From Acidobacteriota bacterium (lineage in GTDB: Bacteria > Acidobacteriota > Vicinamibacteria > Vicinamibacterales > 2-12-FULL-66-21): a DNA stretch of 64,000 nucleotides. Positions 1-9,326 of this stretch are shown here, in pieces. Both the position numbers and the translations under genes were made by a program. The first letter of the stretch is position 1. The number at the start of each line of letters is the position of its first letter. The DNA lies in contig JBKPCD010000158.1 of assembly GCA_046727175.1 (NCBI GenBank), positions 2,910 to 66,909 on the forward strand. Reading direction: 5' to 3'. The notes below the pieces were generated by a model that was not told where the DNA came from, made no database searches, and saw nothing but the letters and a program-made list of their open reading frames with translations.

Positions 1-1791
1 GGCGGCGTTCTGAACGTTGTCGGACGGCTCGCTCCCGGCGTCACCGTTGAACAGGCCCGTGCAGAGCTCGCCTCGATCGCCCAGCGTATCGAACAGCAGC
101 ATCCCTCGTACAGCCGTCACTGGGGCGTCAGTCTGGTTCCGCTCCAGGAGGCAACGGTACAGGACGTGCGCCTGACTCTGCTCGTGCTGTTCGGCGCTGT
201 TGCGATCCTGCTGCTCCTCGGGTGTGCCAATATCGCGAACCTGGTCCTGAGCCGCATCACGGCACGTCAATCGGAGCTCGTGGTTCGACTGTCCCTGGGC
301 GCTACGCGCAAACGACTCGTGAAGCAGGTCCTGACGGAGAGTCTCGTCCTCGGCACGATCGGCGGCGCGCTCGGGATGGTGCTGTCGGTCTGGGGAACGA
401 AGCTGCTGATCTCGGCAGTGCCCGCAGGTCTCGACCTTCCAAGGACGAGAGAGATCGCGGTCGACGTGCCAATCCTTCTCTTCTCGGCACTCGTGACGAT
501 ATCCGCGACCTGCTTCTTCGGTTTGCTCCCCGCGCTCGTGTCGACCCGTTCGGCGTCACTCGACGCGGTGCGAGTCGCTCATCGCGGCGTCTCCAGCGGA
601 GGCACGCGCAACCGCATCGTGAGCTCGTTGATCGTGTCGGAGATTGCACTCGGGGCGATCCTGCTCGTCCTCGCGGGGCTGATCGGCCGCAGCTTCTGGA
701 CGCTCAGCCGAGTACATCCCGGGTTTCAGCCGGACCACGTTCTCACGGTGCGGACGACGCTCGCACCTTCGACGTCCGACTCTGACGATCGCATCCGTAC
801 GTTTGGCAACAGCATTCTCGAGCGCACGACGCGTCTGCCTGGCGTACGGGCTGTGGGACTTGCCGACTACCTGCCCTTGAGCCGCGACGGCCGCGGAGAG
901 ATCTTTCGAATCGAGGGACGCCCAGAACCACGTCCTGAAGATCAGCCGGGCAGTCTCGTCACCGTCGTGGGTGGGAGGTATTTCGAGGCGATGGGCATTC
1001 CGCTGATCCGGGGCCGCCTTCCTGACGATCGCGACACCAGCCGAGGGGAAACTGTCTTCGTCATTGACGAGACGCTGGCACGCGAGTATTGGCGTGACTC
1101 CGACCCAATCGGTGCGCGTCTCCTCTGGCGCACGGGCGACGGCTGGAGCCGGTCGGGTGTGGTGATAGGTGTGGTGAGAAGCGTGCACTGGATTGGACTG
1201 GCAACGCGGCCTTGGGCGACCACGTATTTCTGGTTCCCGCAGCGACCTCACCGGCAGCTTTCGATCGTCGTTCGCACGATTGGCGATCCGGGCAAGTTGG
1301 CTCGTGCGGTCGCGTTACAGGTGAGGAGCATCGACCCGAACCAGCCCGTTGCCGATGTCCGCGCACTGCAGGATTTCGTGTCGGCGGATCTTGCGCAGCC
1401 GCGTTTTACGGCAGTTATCTTAACGGGTTTCGGCACCGCCGCCCTGCTTCTCGCAGGCGCCGGCCTTTACGGAGTGATCGCTCTGTGGGTCGCACAACGA
1501 ACGAGAGAGATCGGCGTCCGCCTCGCGCTCGGCGCACGCCGTCAAGACGTTCTCCGTCTCGTCGCGACGCGAGGCTTGAGGCTGACGGCGCTGGGCCTCG
1601 CGTTCGGAATTGCAATGGCACTCGGCGCAGGTCGCGCGCTGACGGGATTGCTCTACGGTGTGACGCCTGCTGATCCGCTGACCTTGATTGGGGCGGCGCT
1701 CTTCCTGACGTGTGTCGCAACGGGCGCGATCTACTTCCCCGCCCGACGGGCGACGCGAGTCGATCCGATGATTACCCTGCGGGCGGAGTGA
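1..1791 (+). CDS. ADOP-type (MacB/FtsX duplicated) ABC permease, 5'-partial
   Basis: Frame is open from base 1 (GGVLNVVGRLAPGVTVEQARAEL...). Motifs LLLGCANIANL, RTREIGVRLALGA and C-terminal RRATRVDPMITLRAE. Confidence 0.93.
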   Translation, partial: GGVLNVVGRLAPGVTVEQARAELASIAQRIEQQHPSYSRHWGVSLVPLQEATVQDVRLTLLVLFGAVAILLLLGCANIANLVLSRITARQSELVVRLSLGATRKRLVKQVLTESLVLGTIGGALGMVLSVWGTKLLISAVPAGLDLPRTREIAVDVPILLFSALVTISATCFFGLLPALVSTRSASLDAVRVAHRGVSSGGTRNRIVSSLIVSEIALGAILLVLAGLIGRSFWTLSRVHPGFQPDHVLTVRTTLAPSTSDSDDRIRTFGNSILERTTRLPGVRAVGLADYLPLSRDGRGEIFRIEGRPEPRPEDQPGSLVTVVGGRYFEAMGIPLIRGRLPDDRDTSRGETVFVIDETLAREYWRDSDPIGARLLWRTGDGWSRSGVVIGVVRSVHWIGLATRPWATTYFWFPQRPHRQLSIVVRTIGDPGKLARAVALQVRSIDPNQPVADVRALQDFVSADLAQPRFTAVILTGFGTAALLLAGAGLYGVIALWVAQRTREIGVRLALGARRQDVLRLVATRGLRLTALGLAFGIAMALGAGRALTGLLYGVTPADPLTLIGAALFLTCVATGAIYFPARRATRVDPMITLRAE

Positions 1792-1806
1792 GCCGGCCGG
1801 CGACGC

Positions 1807-1832
1807 GGCGCGGTCTGAAGACCGCGCCCTAC
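1807..1832 (-). repeat. GTAG-type REP-like palindrome between convergent genes (possible terminator)
   Basis: Minus strand reads GTAG-GGCGCGGTC-TTCA-GACCGCGCC, a perfect 9-bp stem preceded by GTAG. Confidence 0.6.
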
Positions 1833-1856
1833 GGCAGCAAAGTCTTCTGTCACGAT

Positions 1857-4049
1857 TCACCCCTGCGACGGCTTCAGCAACAGACACGACAGCGGCGGCA
1901 GCACGAGTCTCAGCGAGTGCGGGTGTCCGTGCGAGGCGATCGGCTCCGCAAAAATAATCCCGCCGTTGCCCACGTTGCTACCGCCGTACGCCTCTGCGTC
2001 GCTGTTGACGAGCTCCGTGTACGCGCCGCCAGCCGGCACGCCGATTCGATATCCCTCGCGCGGAACGGGTGTGAAGTTGAGGACGGCGATGACGAACGCG
2101 CGGGCATCCCGCGGCCGGCGAATCAGCGACACGACGCTGTTCTCGGCATCGTTGCAATCGATCCACTGGAACCCCGACGGCTCGAAATCGATCTCGTACA
2201 GCGCCCGCTCGGCCGCGTACACCCGATTGAGATCCTGGACGTACCGACGAATGCCGTCGTGCAACGGCTCTTCGATCAGGTGCCAGTCGAGGCTCTCGTC
2301 GTAGTTCCACTCGCGGCGCTGCCCGAATTCGCATCCCATAAACATCAGCTTCTTGCCCGGATGGGCGTACATGAAGCCGTAGAGCGCGCGCAGGGTCGCC
2401 GCCTTTTGCCAGTCGTCGCCGGGGATCTTCGCGAACATCGAGCCTTTGCCGTGCACGACCTCGTCGTGCGAGAACGGCAGGATGAAGTTCTCCGTGAACG
2501 CGTACAGCATCGAGAACGTGAGGTGCCGATGTTCCCAGCGACGATGGACGGCATCCTTGCGGACGTACTCGAGGATGTCGTTCATCCATCCCATGTTCCA
2601 CTTGTAGGTGAACCCGAGACCGCCGAGCCACGCCGGGCGGCTGACGGAGGGCCACGCAGTGGATTCCTCGGCGACGGAAATGGATCCCTCCGCTTCGCCG
2701 TGGGTCAGCGTGTTGAGCTGTCGCAGGAAATCGATGGCCTCGAGATTCTCGCGGCCGCCGTAGCGATTGGGGATCCACTCGCCTTCGTGCCGGGAGTAGT
2801 CCAGGTACAGCATCGAGGCGACCGCATCGACGCGCACACCATCGACGTGATACTCGTGCAGCCAGAACAGCGCGTTCGCGAGCAGGAAATTGCGAACCTC
2901 GTTCCGTCCGTAGTTGAAGATCAACGTGCCCCAGTCGCGGTGTTCCCCCTGACGTGGATCGACATGCTCGTAGAGCGCGGTCCCGTCGAACTGCGCGAGG
3001 CCGTGCGCGTCCTTCGGAAAATGTCCAGGCACCCAGTCGAGAATGACGCCAATGCCGTTCGAATGGCACGCGTCCACGAACGCCTTGAATCCTTCGGGCG
3101 GACCAAACCGGCTGGTTGGCGCATAGAAGCCGATGACCTGATACCCCCACGAGCCGGAGTACGGGTGCTCCATCACCGGCAGGAGCTCGATGTGCGAGTA
3201 CCCCATCTCCTTCACGTACGGGATCAGCGTGTCGGCGAGATCACGATAGGTCAGGTACCGGTTCCCGTCGTGACCCGCCCGTGCCCACGAGCCGAGGTGC
3301 ACCTCGTAAATTGCCATCGGCCGATCGAACCAGCCGCCGAACTGCGCCCGATCGCGCATCCACTCCCCGTCGCGCCACTCGTAGTCGGGTGTCCACACGA
3401 CCGACGCGGAGAGCGGCGGGATCTCGAACGCGAAGCCGAACGGGTCCGATTTCAGAATCACGCGGCCGTTTCTCGCGCGAATCTCGAACTTGTAGCGATC
3501 GCCCCGCCTGGCGGCGGGAATGAAAATCTCCCAGACGCCGTTCGTCGCAAGCAAACGCATTGGATAAACCCGCCCGTCCCACCCGTTGAAGTCGCCGACG
3601 ACGCTGACCCGCGTGGCATTGGGCGCCCAGACGGCGAAGTGCACGCCCTCAACGTCGCCAAACCGGATCGGATGTGCGCCAAGCTTGTCGTAGATGCGCG
3701 TGTGCTTGCCTTCGCCGAACAGATACAGGTCGTAATCCGAGATGACACGCCCGAACCGGTACGGATCCTCGATCTCGACGGTGTGCCCGCCGGGATAGGT
3801 AACGCGTAGTCGATACGCGACGACGTGATCCACATCGTCGAGCCGCGCCTCGAAGATGCCACCCGGGTGACGTCGGGTCATTTCCACGACCGGCCCGTCT
3901 TCGCGAACGACTTCGATGCGCTCCGCCGCGGGCACGTGCGCACGGATCACGAGGCGGCCATTCTCGATATGCGGGCCCAGTACCGAAAACGGATCGGAGA
4001 ATTGCGCGGTGGCGAGCGCCTCGAGCGCGCGATCGATCGTCGCGGTCAT
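1857..4049 (-). CDS. glgB: 1,4-alpha-glucan branching enzyme (GH13)
   Basis: Motifs FAVWAPNA, IYEVHLGSW, SWGYQ, DWVPGHF, RVDAVASMLY, AEEST, KWNMGWM and SHDEVVHGK. Confidence 0.97.
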   Translation of the reverse strand: MTATIDRALEALATAQFSDPFSVLGPHIENGRLVIRAHVPAAERIEVVREDGPVVEMTRRHPGGIFEARLDDVDHVVAYRLRVTYPGGHTVEIEDPYRFGRVISDYDLYLFGEGKHTRIYDKLGAHPIRFGDVEGVHFAVWAPNATRVSVVGDFNGWDGRVYPMRLLATNGVWEIFIPAARRGDRYKFEIRARNGRVILKSDPFGFAFEIPPLSASVVWTPDYEWRDGEWMRDRAQFGGWFDRPMAIYEVHLGSWARAGHDGNRYLTYRDLADTLIPYVKEMGYSHIELLPVMEHPYSGSWGYQVIGFYAPTSRFGPPEGFKAFVDACHSNGIGVILDWVPGHFPKDAHGLAQFDGTALYEHVDPRQGEHRDWGTLIFNYGRNEVRNFLLANALFWLHEYHVDGVRVDAVASMLYLDYSRHEGEWIPNRYGGRENLEAIDFLRQLNTLTHGEAEGSISVAEESTAWPSVSRPAWLGGLGFTYKWNMGWMNDILEYVRKDAVHRRWEHRHLTFSMLYAFTENFILPFSHDEVVHGKGSMFAKIPGDDWQKAATLRALYGFMYAHPGKKLMFMGCEFGQRREWNYDESLDWHLIEEPLHDGIRRYVQDLNRVYAAERALYEIDFEPSGFQWIDCNDAENSVVSLIRRPRDARAFVIAVLNFTPVPREGYRIGVPAGGAYTELVNSDAEAYGGSNVGNGGIIFAEPIASHGHPHSLRLVLPPLSCLLLKPSQG

Positions 4050-4645
4050 GGATGGTTCCCGCCGCCTTGCCCCACCGGGCTGGCCGTTGGCGAAGGCGAC
4101 TCCGCAGGATATGGCGTGAGCCAGGCGACGCGCGAGGCTTCGTCAGGCCGATCGCCGGGTCCTCCGAGCGACGTGACCGAAAAGTACTGATAGGCGGGAC
4201 ACCACCCGGTCACGCCGGTGAGCGCAACGATTGCGCCAGCGAGCCGCACGGGCCAGCGTGCCACGCGAGGGACGATGGATCCCAGTGCGAGGACGGCGAG
4301 TCCGGCGAGCGTTCGTCCGACGCGCTCGACGTCGCCGACGTTCTGGACCGCGAGCCGCTCGTCCGCTTCGTCGCGCGTCAGCATGTCGATCTCGACGAGC
4401 GCGCCTGTCAGCGTATCGTTATCCGGTTCGACGAGGGCCGTGCCGCCCAGACCGAGATCGATTGTCGGCGTCCGCCGCTGGCCGCCGTTCAACGCTCTCG
4501 CACGGTCGAGCGCATCGAGATCCTCATCGACGTTCTCAAACCTGTGCGGAATCCCGAGACGACGCAGATGACGCAGCGAACGACGCGTATCCTCGCACCA
4601 GGCCGCACCGAAGACTGTTATGGCAGACATTGCGGGCCGGCTCAC
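4046..4645 (-). CDS. Glutaredoxin/mycoredoxin-like domain fused to DUF2892 (YgaP-like) membrane domain
   Basis: N-terminal FGAAWCEDT...RTPTI. C-terminal NVGDVERVGR, two hydrophobic helices and TGWCPAY. 4-nt overlaps with both neighbours. Confidence 0.75.
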   Translation of the reverse strand: MSRPAMSAITVFGAAWCEDTRRSLRHLRRLGIPHRFENVDEDLDALDRARALNGGQRRTPTIDLGLGGTALVEPDNDTLTGALVEIDMLTRDEADERLAVQNVGDVERVGRTLAGLAVLALGSIVPRVARWPVRLAGAIVALTGVTGWCPAYQYFSVTSLGGPGDRPDEASRVAWLTPYPAESPSPTASPVGQGGGNHP

Positions 4646-5229
4646 AACGCCGTCAACAGGCTCGCACCGGTCAGGGCCAGAGAACCAATCAACAGCCAGG
4701 GCGCAAGGGCGGCGGCGATCGGCTGTGGTGCGTCGCGACTGCCGCGGCTATCGGCCGACCACGTCGCAATGCTTTGCCACCCTGCGAACGCCGCGGCGAG
4801 CGCGCCGATCACCAGAAGCCATCCGGAGCCGAGGAGCGCGCGCGGGATCCCGTCACGCATCCCGGGCAACCAGACGCTCAGCGCGGCCGACAGGGCCCAC
4901 ATGCTCACCGCCATCACCGCGATCAGCTGGAGTTGCCCGAGCGCGCGCTCGCTCGCCTGCCGGCGCAACTCCGCTCGAAGCGCCTCTTCTGCCCGCTGCC
5001 GTTCGGCCTCGAGCTGCGACCGCTCCATTTCCATGCGCACGCTGTCGCGATCGAACGCCTCCTTCAATGCCGAAACCAGCACGCCCGCAAGACGTGCCTC
5101 GAGCTGACCGAACATACCTCCGGGCGCGATCGACGTCCCGCGATCCGTGCCCGATCCGCGCCAGCGCCCCGACAGCTGCACCAGACCACCGAGCGTATCG
5201 AGGACGCGCATCCACTGCGCAACTCCCAT
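4642..5229 (-). CDS. Hypothetical membrane protein (coiled-coil plus 3 TM helices)
   Basis: ATG at 5229 follows a GAGG RBS. E/R-rich coiled segment, then three hydrophobic stretches. Stop overlaps the next gene's start. Confidence 0.7.
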   Translation of the reverse strand: MGVAQWMRVLDTLGGLVQLSGRWRGSGTDRGTSIAPGGMFGQLEARLAGVLVSALKEAFDRDSVRMEMERSQLEAERQRAEEALRAELRRQASERALGQLQLIAVMAVSMWALSAALSVWLPGMRDGIPRALLGSGWLLVIGALAAAFAGWQSIATWSADSRGSRDAPQPIAAALAPWLLIGSLALTGASLLTAL

Positions 5230-5547
5230 GAACCTCAGCTTATGGACAGGGACTAGCGGGATCAAGCAGAACAGAACGGCGCTCCGGTACCAAAGGTGCT
5301 TGGACGATGTGTGTAGTCGCCGGCTTCCCGCCTGCGGTTCGCTACGGCAAGGCACGCTGAACGCGTAGCGCCGACCCCGGCGGGTCGCCCCGTGGCCTAG
5401 GGGTGCTGAGGTCGGGACGCGGCAGTCGGCGTCAGGTCGCCTGAGCAGCGTCGGACGCGACATGGCTTTTGCGAGCTTCGTCGAGGCGGCAACACGAGAA
5501 ACTCCAGGTCAGGGCTCAGGGCGAGAAGAAATGTAAAGGAGGACCGC

Positions 5548-5802
5548 ATGGCGGAACAGAAACGTGACCAAGATTCCGCAGGGCCGAGTGACGCAACACC
5601 ATACGCACCGACGAAGGCGCCTGAGACACAAGCCGCCGCTGAAGAACGCGTGAGCCCGACCGATCCGCGTGCGATTCCCGGCGGCGCGCAAGGCGCGCGC
5701 GCCGAAATCGGTATGTCTGCAATGGATCGCGCCGATGTTCCATCGGGTGCCGAGAAGCCAGACCAGCTCGATGTCCGCGACACACCCGAAAGCGTGGAGT
5801 AG
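5548..5802 (+). CDS. Small acidic low-complexity hypothetical protein (84 aa)
   Basis: Strong AAAGGAGG RBS before the ATG. Stop lies just before the kinase gene. Confidence 0.65.
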   Translation: MAEQKRDQDSAGPSDATPYAPTKAPETQAAAEERVSPTDPRAIPGGAQGARAEIGMSAMDRADVPSGAEKPDQLDVRDTPESVE

Positions 5803-5807
5803 GGCGG

Positions 5808-7340
5808 ATGGCTCGACACTTGCAGGGCGTTGCGCGAGCAATCGCCAGCATGCCAATCCCCACCGACCCCGGCGCTCACCTCGAAGCGATCGTTTCGTCA
5901 TCCGATGACGCCATTATCAGCACGGATCTCAACGGTGCGATTACGTCGTGGAACCGCGCTGCGGCAAGAATGTTCGGGTACGCGCCGGAGGAAGCGGTTG
6001 GACAGCCGCTAACGATCTTGACGCCTCCCGCACGGCTGCCCGAAGAAGACTTCATCCTGTCACGCGTCATGTCCGGAATCGTGGTCGGCCATTACCAGAC
6101 GATGCGGCTCCGGAGGAACGGCAGCCTCGTCGACGTCTCGTTGACGGTGTCCCCGCTTCGGAGCACGTCAGGCCAGGTGATTGGCGCTTTGACGATCGCG
6201 CGCGACCTCGCGGAATGGCGGGGGATGGAGCGTCAGGCTCTTCGACTTGCGGCAATCATCGAGTGGTCCGACGACGCGATCGTCAGCAAGGATCTGAACG
6301 GAATCATCCAGACATGGAACCGCGGCGCTGAACGGATCTTCGGTTACGCTCCTCACGAGGCGATCGGACGATCGATCGACCTCATCATTCCCGATGATCG
6401 CCGCGACGAGGAGACGACCGTGCTGCGCCGAATTCGCGACGGGAACGCGATCGAGCATTTCGAGACCGTTCGCCAGACGAAGGACGGCCGGTTGATTGAC
6501 ATCTCGCTGACGGTTTCGCCGATTCGGTCGAAAACCGGCGAGATCATCGGCGCCTCCAAGATCGCCCGCGACATCTCCGAGCAGAAGCGCCTCAGGCGGC
6601 AGGCTGACGAGGCGAGCCGCCTGAAGGACGAGTTCCTGGCAACGCTCTCGCACGAGCTGCGGACGCCGCTCAACACCGTCCTCGGATACACGGCGATGCT
6701 GCGTGAGGAGGCCTTGTCGTCCGAGCATCGGGCGAAGGCGCTCGACGTCATCCAGCGGAACGCGGATGCGCTGCGACGCCTCGTCGACGACATCCTCGAT
6801 GCGTCGCGGATCATCACGGGAAGAGTCCGGCTGAAACGCAGTCCCTGCCGCATCGACGAGGTCTTCGCTGAGGCCGTCGAGACCATCAGGCCGGCAGCGG
6901 ATGCCAAGCACATCGAGATACGCGCCGATATCGCGCCGGGACTCACGGTACTCGGCGATGCCGACCGGATACGGCAGGTTTTCTGGAATCTCCTGACCAA
7001 CGCGGTGAAGTTCACGCCTCGCGGAGGCACGGTGGTTGCGACGGCGCGCGCGACGGATCAGAACATCCGCATCATGGTCACTGACACCGGCATTGGAATC
7101 CGCCCCGAGTCGCTGCCGTACCTGTTCCAGCGGTTCTGGCAGGCGGAGCGCGCCGACAACCGGGAGTACGGGGGGCTTGGATTGGGTCTCGCGCTCGCGC
7201 GCCACTTCACGGAACTGCACGGGGGCTCGATTTCCGCGACCAGCGAAGGGCCGGGGAAAGGTGCGACTTTTCAACTCGAGCTCCCCGAGTTCCAGCTGAT
7301 GCAGATCGTCGAAGGCAAGAAGTCATCCGCGATCGGCTGA
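5808..7340 (+). CDS. Cytoplasmic PAS-PAS sensor histidine kinase (start may be ATG 5850)
   Basis: Two PAS/PAC repeats (SSDDAII...WN.AA..MFGY), H-box LSHELRTPL, N-box NLLTNAVKFT, DTGIG and GLGLGL. No receiver domain. Confidence 0.95.
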   Translation: MARHLQGVARAIASMPIPTDPGAHLEAIVSSSDDAIISTDLNGAITSWNRAAARMFGYAPEEAVGQPLTILTPPARLPEEDFILSRVMSGIVVGHYQTMRLRRNGSLVDVSLTVSPLRSTSGQVIGALTIARDLAEWRGMERQALRLAAIIEWSDDAIVSKDLNGIIQTWNRGAERIFGYAPHEAIGRSIDLIIPDDRRDEETTVLRRIRDGNAIEHFETVRQTKDGRLIDISLTVSPIRSKTGEIIGASKIARDISEQKRLRRQADEASRLKDEFLATLSHELRTPLNTVLGYTAMLREEALSSEHRAKALDVIQRNADALRRLVDDILDASRIITGRVRLKRSPCRIDEVFAEAVETIRPAADAKHIEIRADIAPGLTVLGDADRIRQVFWNLLTNAVKFTPRGGTVVATARATDQNIRIMVTDTGIGIRPESLPYLFQRFWQAERADNREYGGLGLGLALARHFTELHGGSISATSEGPGKGATFQLELPEFQLMQIVEGKKSSAIG

Positions 7341-7350
7341 CCAGACCTCA

Positions 7351-8553
7351 CTACCTCTTCACGTATTTCATCAACCGTTTCGGCCCGACTTCTGCGCCAT
7401 AGATAATCCCCTGCGCGTCAGCGGCGACGCCTTCCGCAGCGCTCGTGTTCGTCGCGCGTTCGGTCGGATCCGGGATGAAGTACTTCACGACGCCGTCCCT
7501 CGCGCTTCCGATGCGGATCCCGCGCTTCCAGCCGTCGTGATTCCGTGAAACGGATTCGGATTCGGAATCCGCCACGTAGAGCGTGTCCGCGCTGTCGATG
7601 TACAGCCCGCTCGGTCGGCTGAATTGTTTCCAGTCGGTGACGTACCTGCCGTCCTGATCGAGGACCTGGATTCGATTGTTGCTTCGATCGGCTACGAACA
7701 GCCGGCCCGCGGAATCCATCGCGAGCGCGTGCGGCTGATCGAACTCGCCAATGCCGGCGCCGGTCTGGCCCCATCGCTTGATCAGCTTTCCATCTTTCGA
7801 GAATTTCAGCACCTCGGACTTCCCCTGACCGTGCCCTTGAGACACGAAGATGTCTCCGTTTGGCGCGATCAGGACGTCATTGGGCTGGTAGAAGTAACCC
7901 GGATCGACTGCGCCGCCCGGCGATCCGAGCGTCATCAGCAGCCGGCCGTCAGGACTGAATTTGAATATCTGATGTCCCTTCGTCGCTCCTGGTGGCGGTC
8001 CCGTGGGTGCGGTCGCGCCGCCGGCCTGCTGTCCTGCCGCAGCTTCGGCCGCCGGCGCTGTGCCCCGAGTTCCTCCGGCGGTGCCGGACTGCGTTGACGC
8101 GCCCGCCGCGCCTCGCCCGGAGCCGCGAGCAGCCCGCGGTGCGTTGTCGCTGTAGTCGGTCACCCAGATGTTGCCGTCGCGATCCACCGCAATCCCGTGC
8201 GGAGAGGCGATCATCCCTGCGCCGAAGCTCTTGATCAGATTGCCCGACGCGTCGAAGTGGAGAATCGGCTCGAGTGCGGACATCTCTCCCGTCGCGGCAT
8301 TCGCGACGCAGCTGTTCGCGCCGCACCGCTCCGCGACCCAGATGCTCGTGCCATCTCGATCGATGTCGACGGCGCTCGTGGAGCCCCACGTCCGCCCTTC
8401 GGGCATCTTGGCCCAGCCTTCGATGCTCTGATACGGGTTGGGGAGATCGTTGGTCGGCTGGATCTCGCGCTGGGCTGACGTTGGACTCGACCCTGCGAGC
8501 GCGGCAACTGCGAGAATCACGGCCAGTGTGGACACACGAGACTGGATCATCAT
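7351..8553 (-). CDS. Secreted NHL-repeat beta-propeller protein (PAL-like family)
   Basis: Signal peptide. NHL repeats PHGIAVDRDGNIWVTD and PHALAMDSAGRLFVADRSNNRIQV. AGGA RBS before ATG 8553. Confidence 0.85.
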   Translation of the reverse strand: MMIQSRVSTLAVILAVAALAGSSPTSAQREIQPTNDLPNPYQSIEGWAKMPEGRTWGSTSAVDIDRDGTSIWVAERCGANSCVANAATGEMSALEPILHFDASGNLIKSFGAGMIASPHGIAVDRDGNIWVTDYSDNAPRAARGSGRGAAGASTQSGTAGGTRGTAPAAEAAAGQQAGGATAPTGPPPGATKGHQIFKFSPDGRLLMTLGSPGGAVDPGYFYQPNDVLIAPNGDIFVSQGHGQGKSEVLKFSKDGKLIKRWGQTGAGIGEFDQPHALAMDSAGRLFVADRSNNRIQVLDQDGRYVTDWKQFSRPSGLYIDSADTLYVADSESESVSRNHDGWKRGIRIGSARDGVVKYFIPDPTERATNTSAAEGVAADAQGIIYGAEVGPKRLMKYVKR

Positions 8554-8600
8554 CACCGTCCTGCGAGACGGCGGGCATGATAGCACTGACTGGGCTCGTG

Positions 8601-8636
8601 GCTTTGCGCTTTGGGATTTGGCTTTTGAGTTTTGAC
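8601..8636. repeat. Degenerate 7-mer tandem repeat (GCTTTGG-like, about 5 copies)
   Basis: gctttgc gctttgg gatttgg cttttga gttttga in the intergenic gap. Confidence 0.5.
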
Positions 8637-8639
8637 TCA

Positions 8640-9326
8640 TCACCGCCCAATGATGAACTTGAATCGCACGGCGGTTCCGCCGAGATCTTTCTCGTTCACG
8701 TCCTCCGAGATACCGCCGTTGCCGAGAATGCCCGGAACGTGCGTGAACTGACCGTCGACAGCAAGCGCGACCCAGCGATGGACGCGGACCTCGAGGCCGC
8801 CGGTCGCGAGGTACCCGACGTGCCGCGTATCGACGTCATCCGAAAAGCCGGACGTCTCTCGATAACCGTACGATCCAATCCCAGCGCCGACGTACGGCAC
8901 GATGTTCCGGTGCCTGCGCAGGGTGAAACGGTAGCCGCCGGTCACTTCGACTGGGGTGATTGTCGCCGTCAGAGGAATCCCGAGTTGAAAGGACTGGCCG
9001 CTCGAGCGAAAGGCCCGCTCGCCGTCCTTCTTGAATCGCGACACGCTGAACTCGCCGAACCATCCATCGCGATGCACGACCTGCGCGCCGCCGCCGAAGA
9101 ACGGACCGTTCGAGCTGCCGAAAATCGCATCGAACGTCGTCGGCGCGGCGAACGCCTGTTCAGTGAGGAGCCCGAACGCGCGGATGGAGAACGTCGGAGC
9201 GGCGGGCTTCGTCATCGGCGGCTGACGAGGCTGACGAGAGGTCGCTTGATCGTCGACATCCGTCTGCGCCAGGACGGGTCCGGCGATGGTGAGGATCAGA
9301 AGAATCGGCGCAGAGAATCTCTTCAT
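8640..9326 (-). CDS. Outer-membrane beta-barrel protein
   Basis: Signal peptide, alternating beta-strands (VPYVGAGIGSY, ATGGLEVRV) and terminal strand VRFKFIIG. ATGA overlap with the S8 gene. Confidence 0.8.
   Translation of the reverse strand: MKRFSAPILLILTIAGPVLAQTDVDDQATSRQPRQPPMTKPAAPTFSIRAFGLLTEQAFAAPTTFDAIFGSSNGPFFGGGAQVVHRDGWFGEFSVSRFKKDGERAFRSSGQSFQLGIPLTATITPVEVTGGYRFTLRRHRNIVPYVGAGIGSYGYRETSGFSDDVDTRHVGYLATGGLEVRVHRWVALAVDGQFTHVPGILGNGGISEDVNEKDLGGTAVRFKFIIGR

Noticed and set aside
1710-3809. 699-aa plus-strand ORF
   Set aside because: Antisense shadow of glgB with no motifs; expected from high-GC codon bias.
5230-5547. GC-rich intergenic region with possible stems and a sigma54-like CGACATGGCTTTTGC
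   Set aside because: No recognisable ncRNA or riboswitch motif, and the invariant -24 GG is missing.
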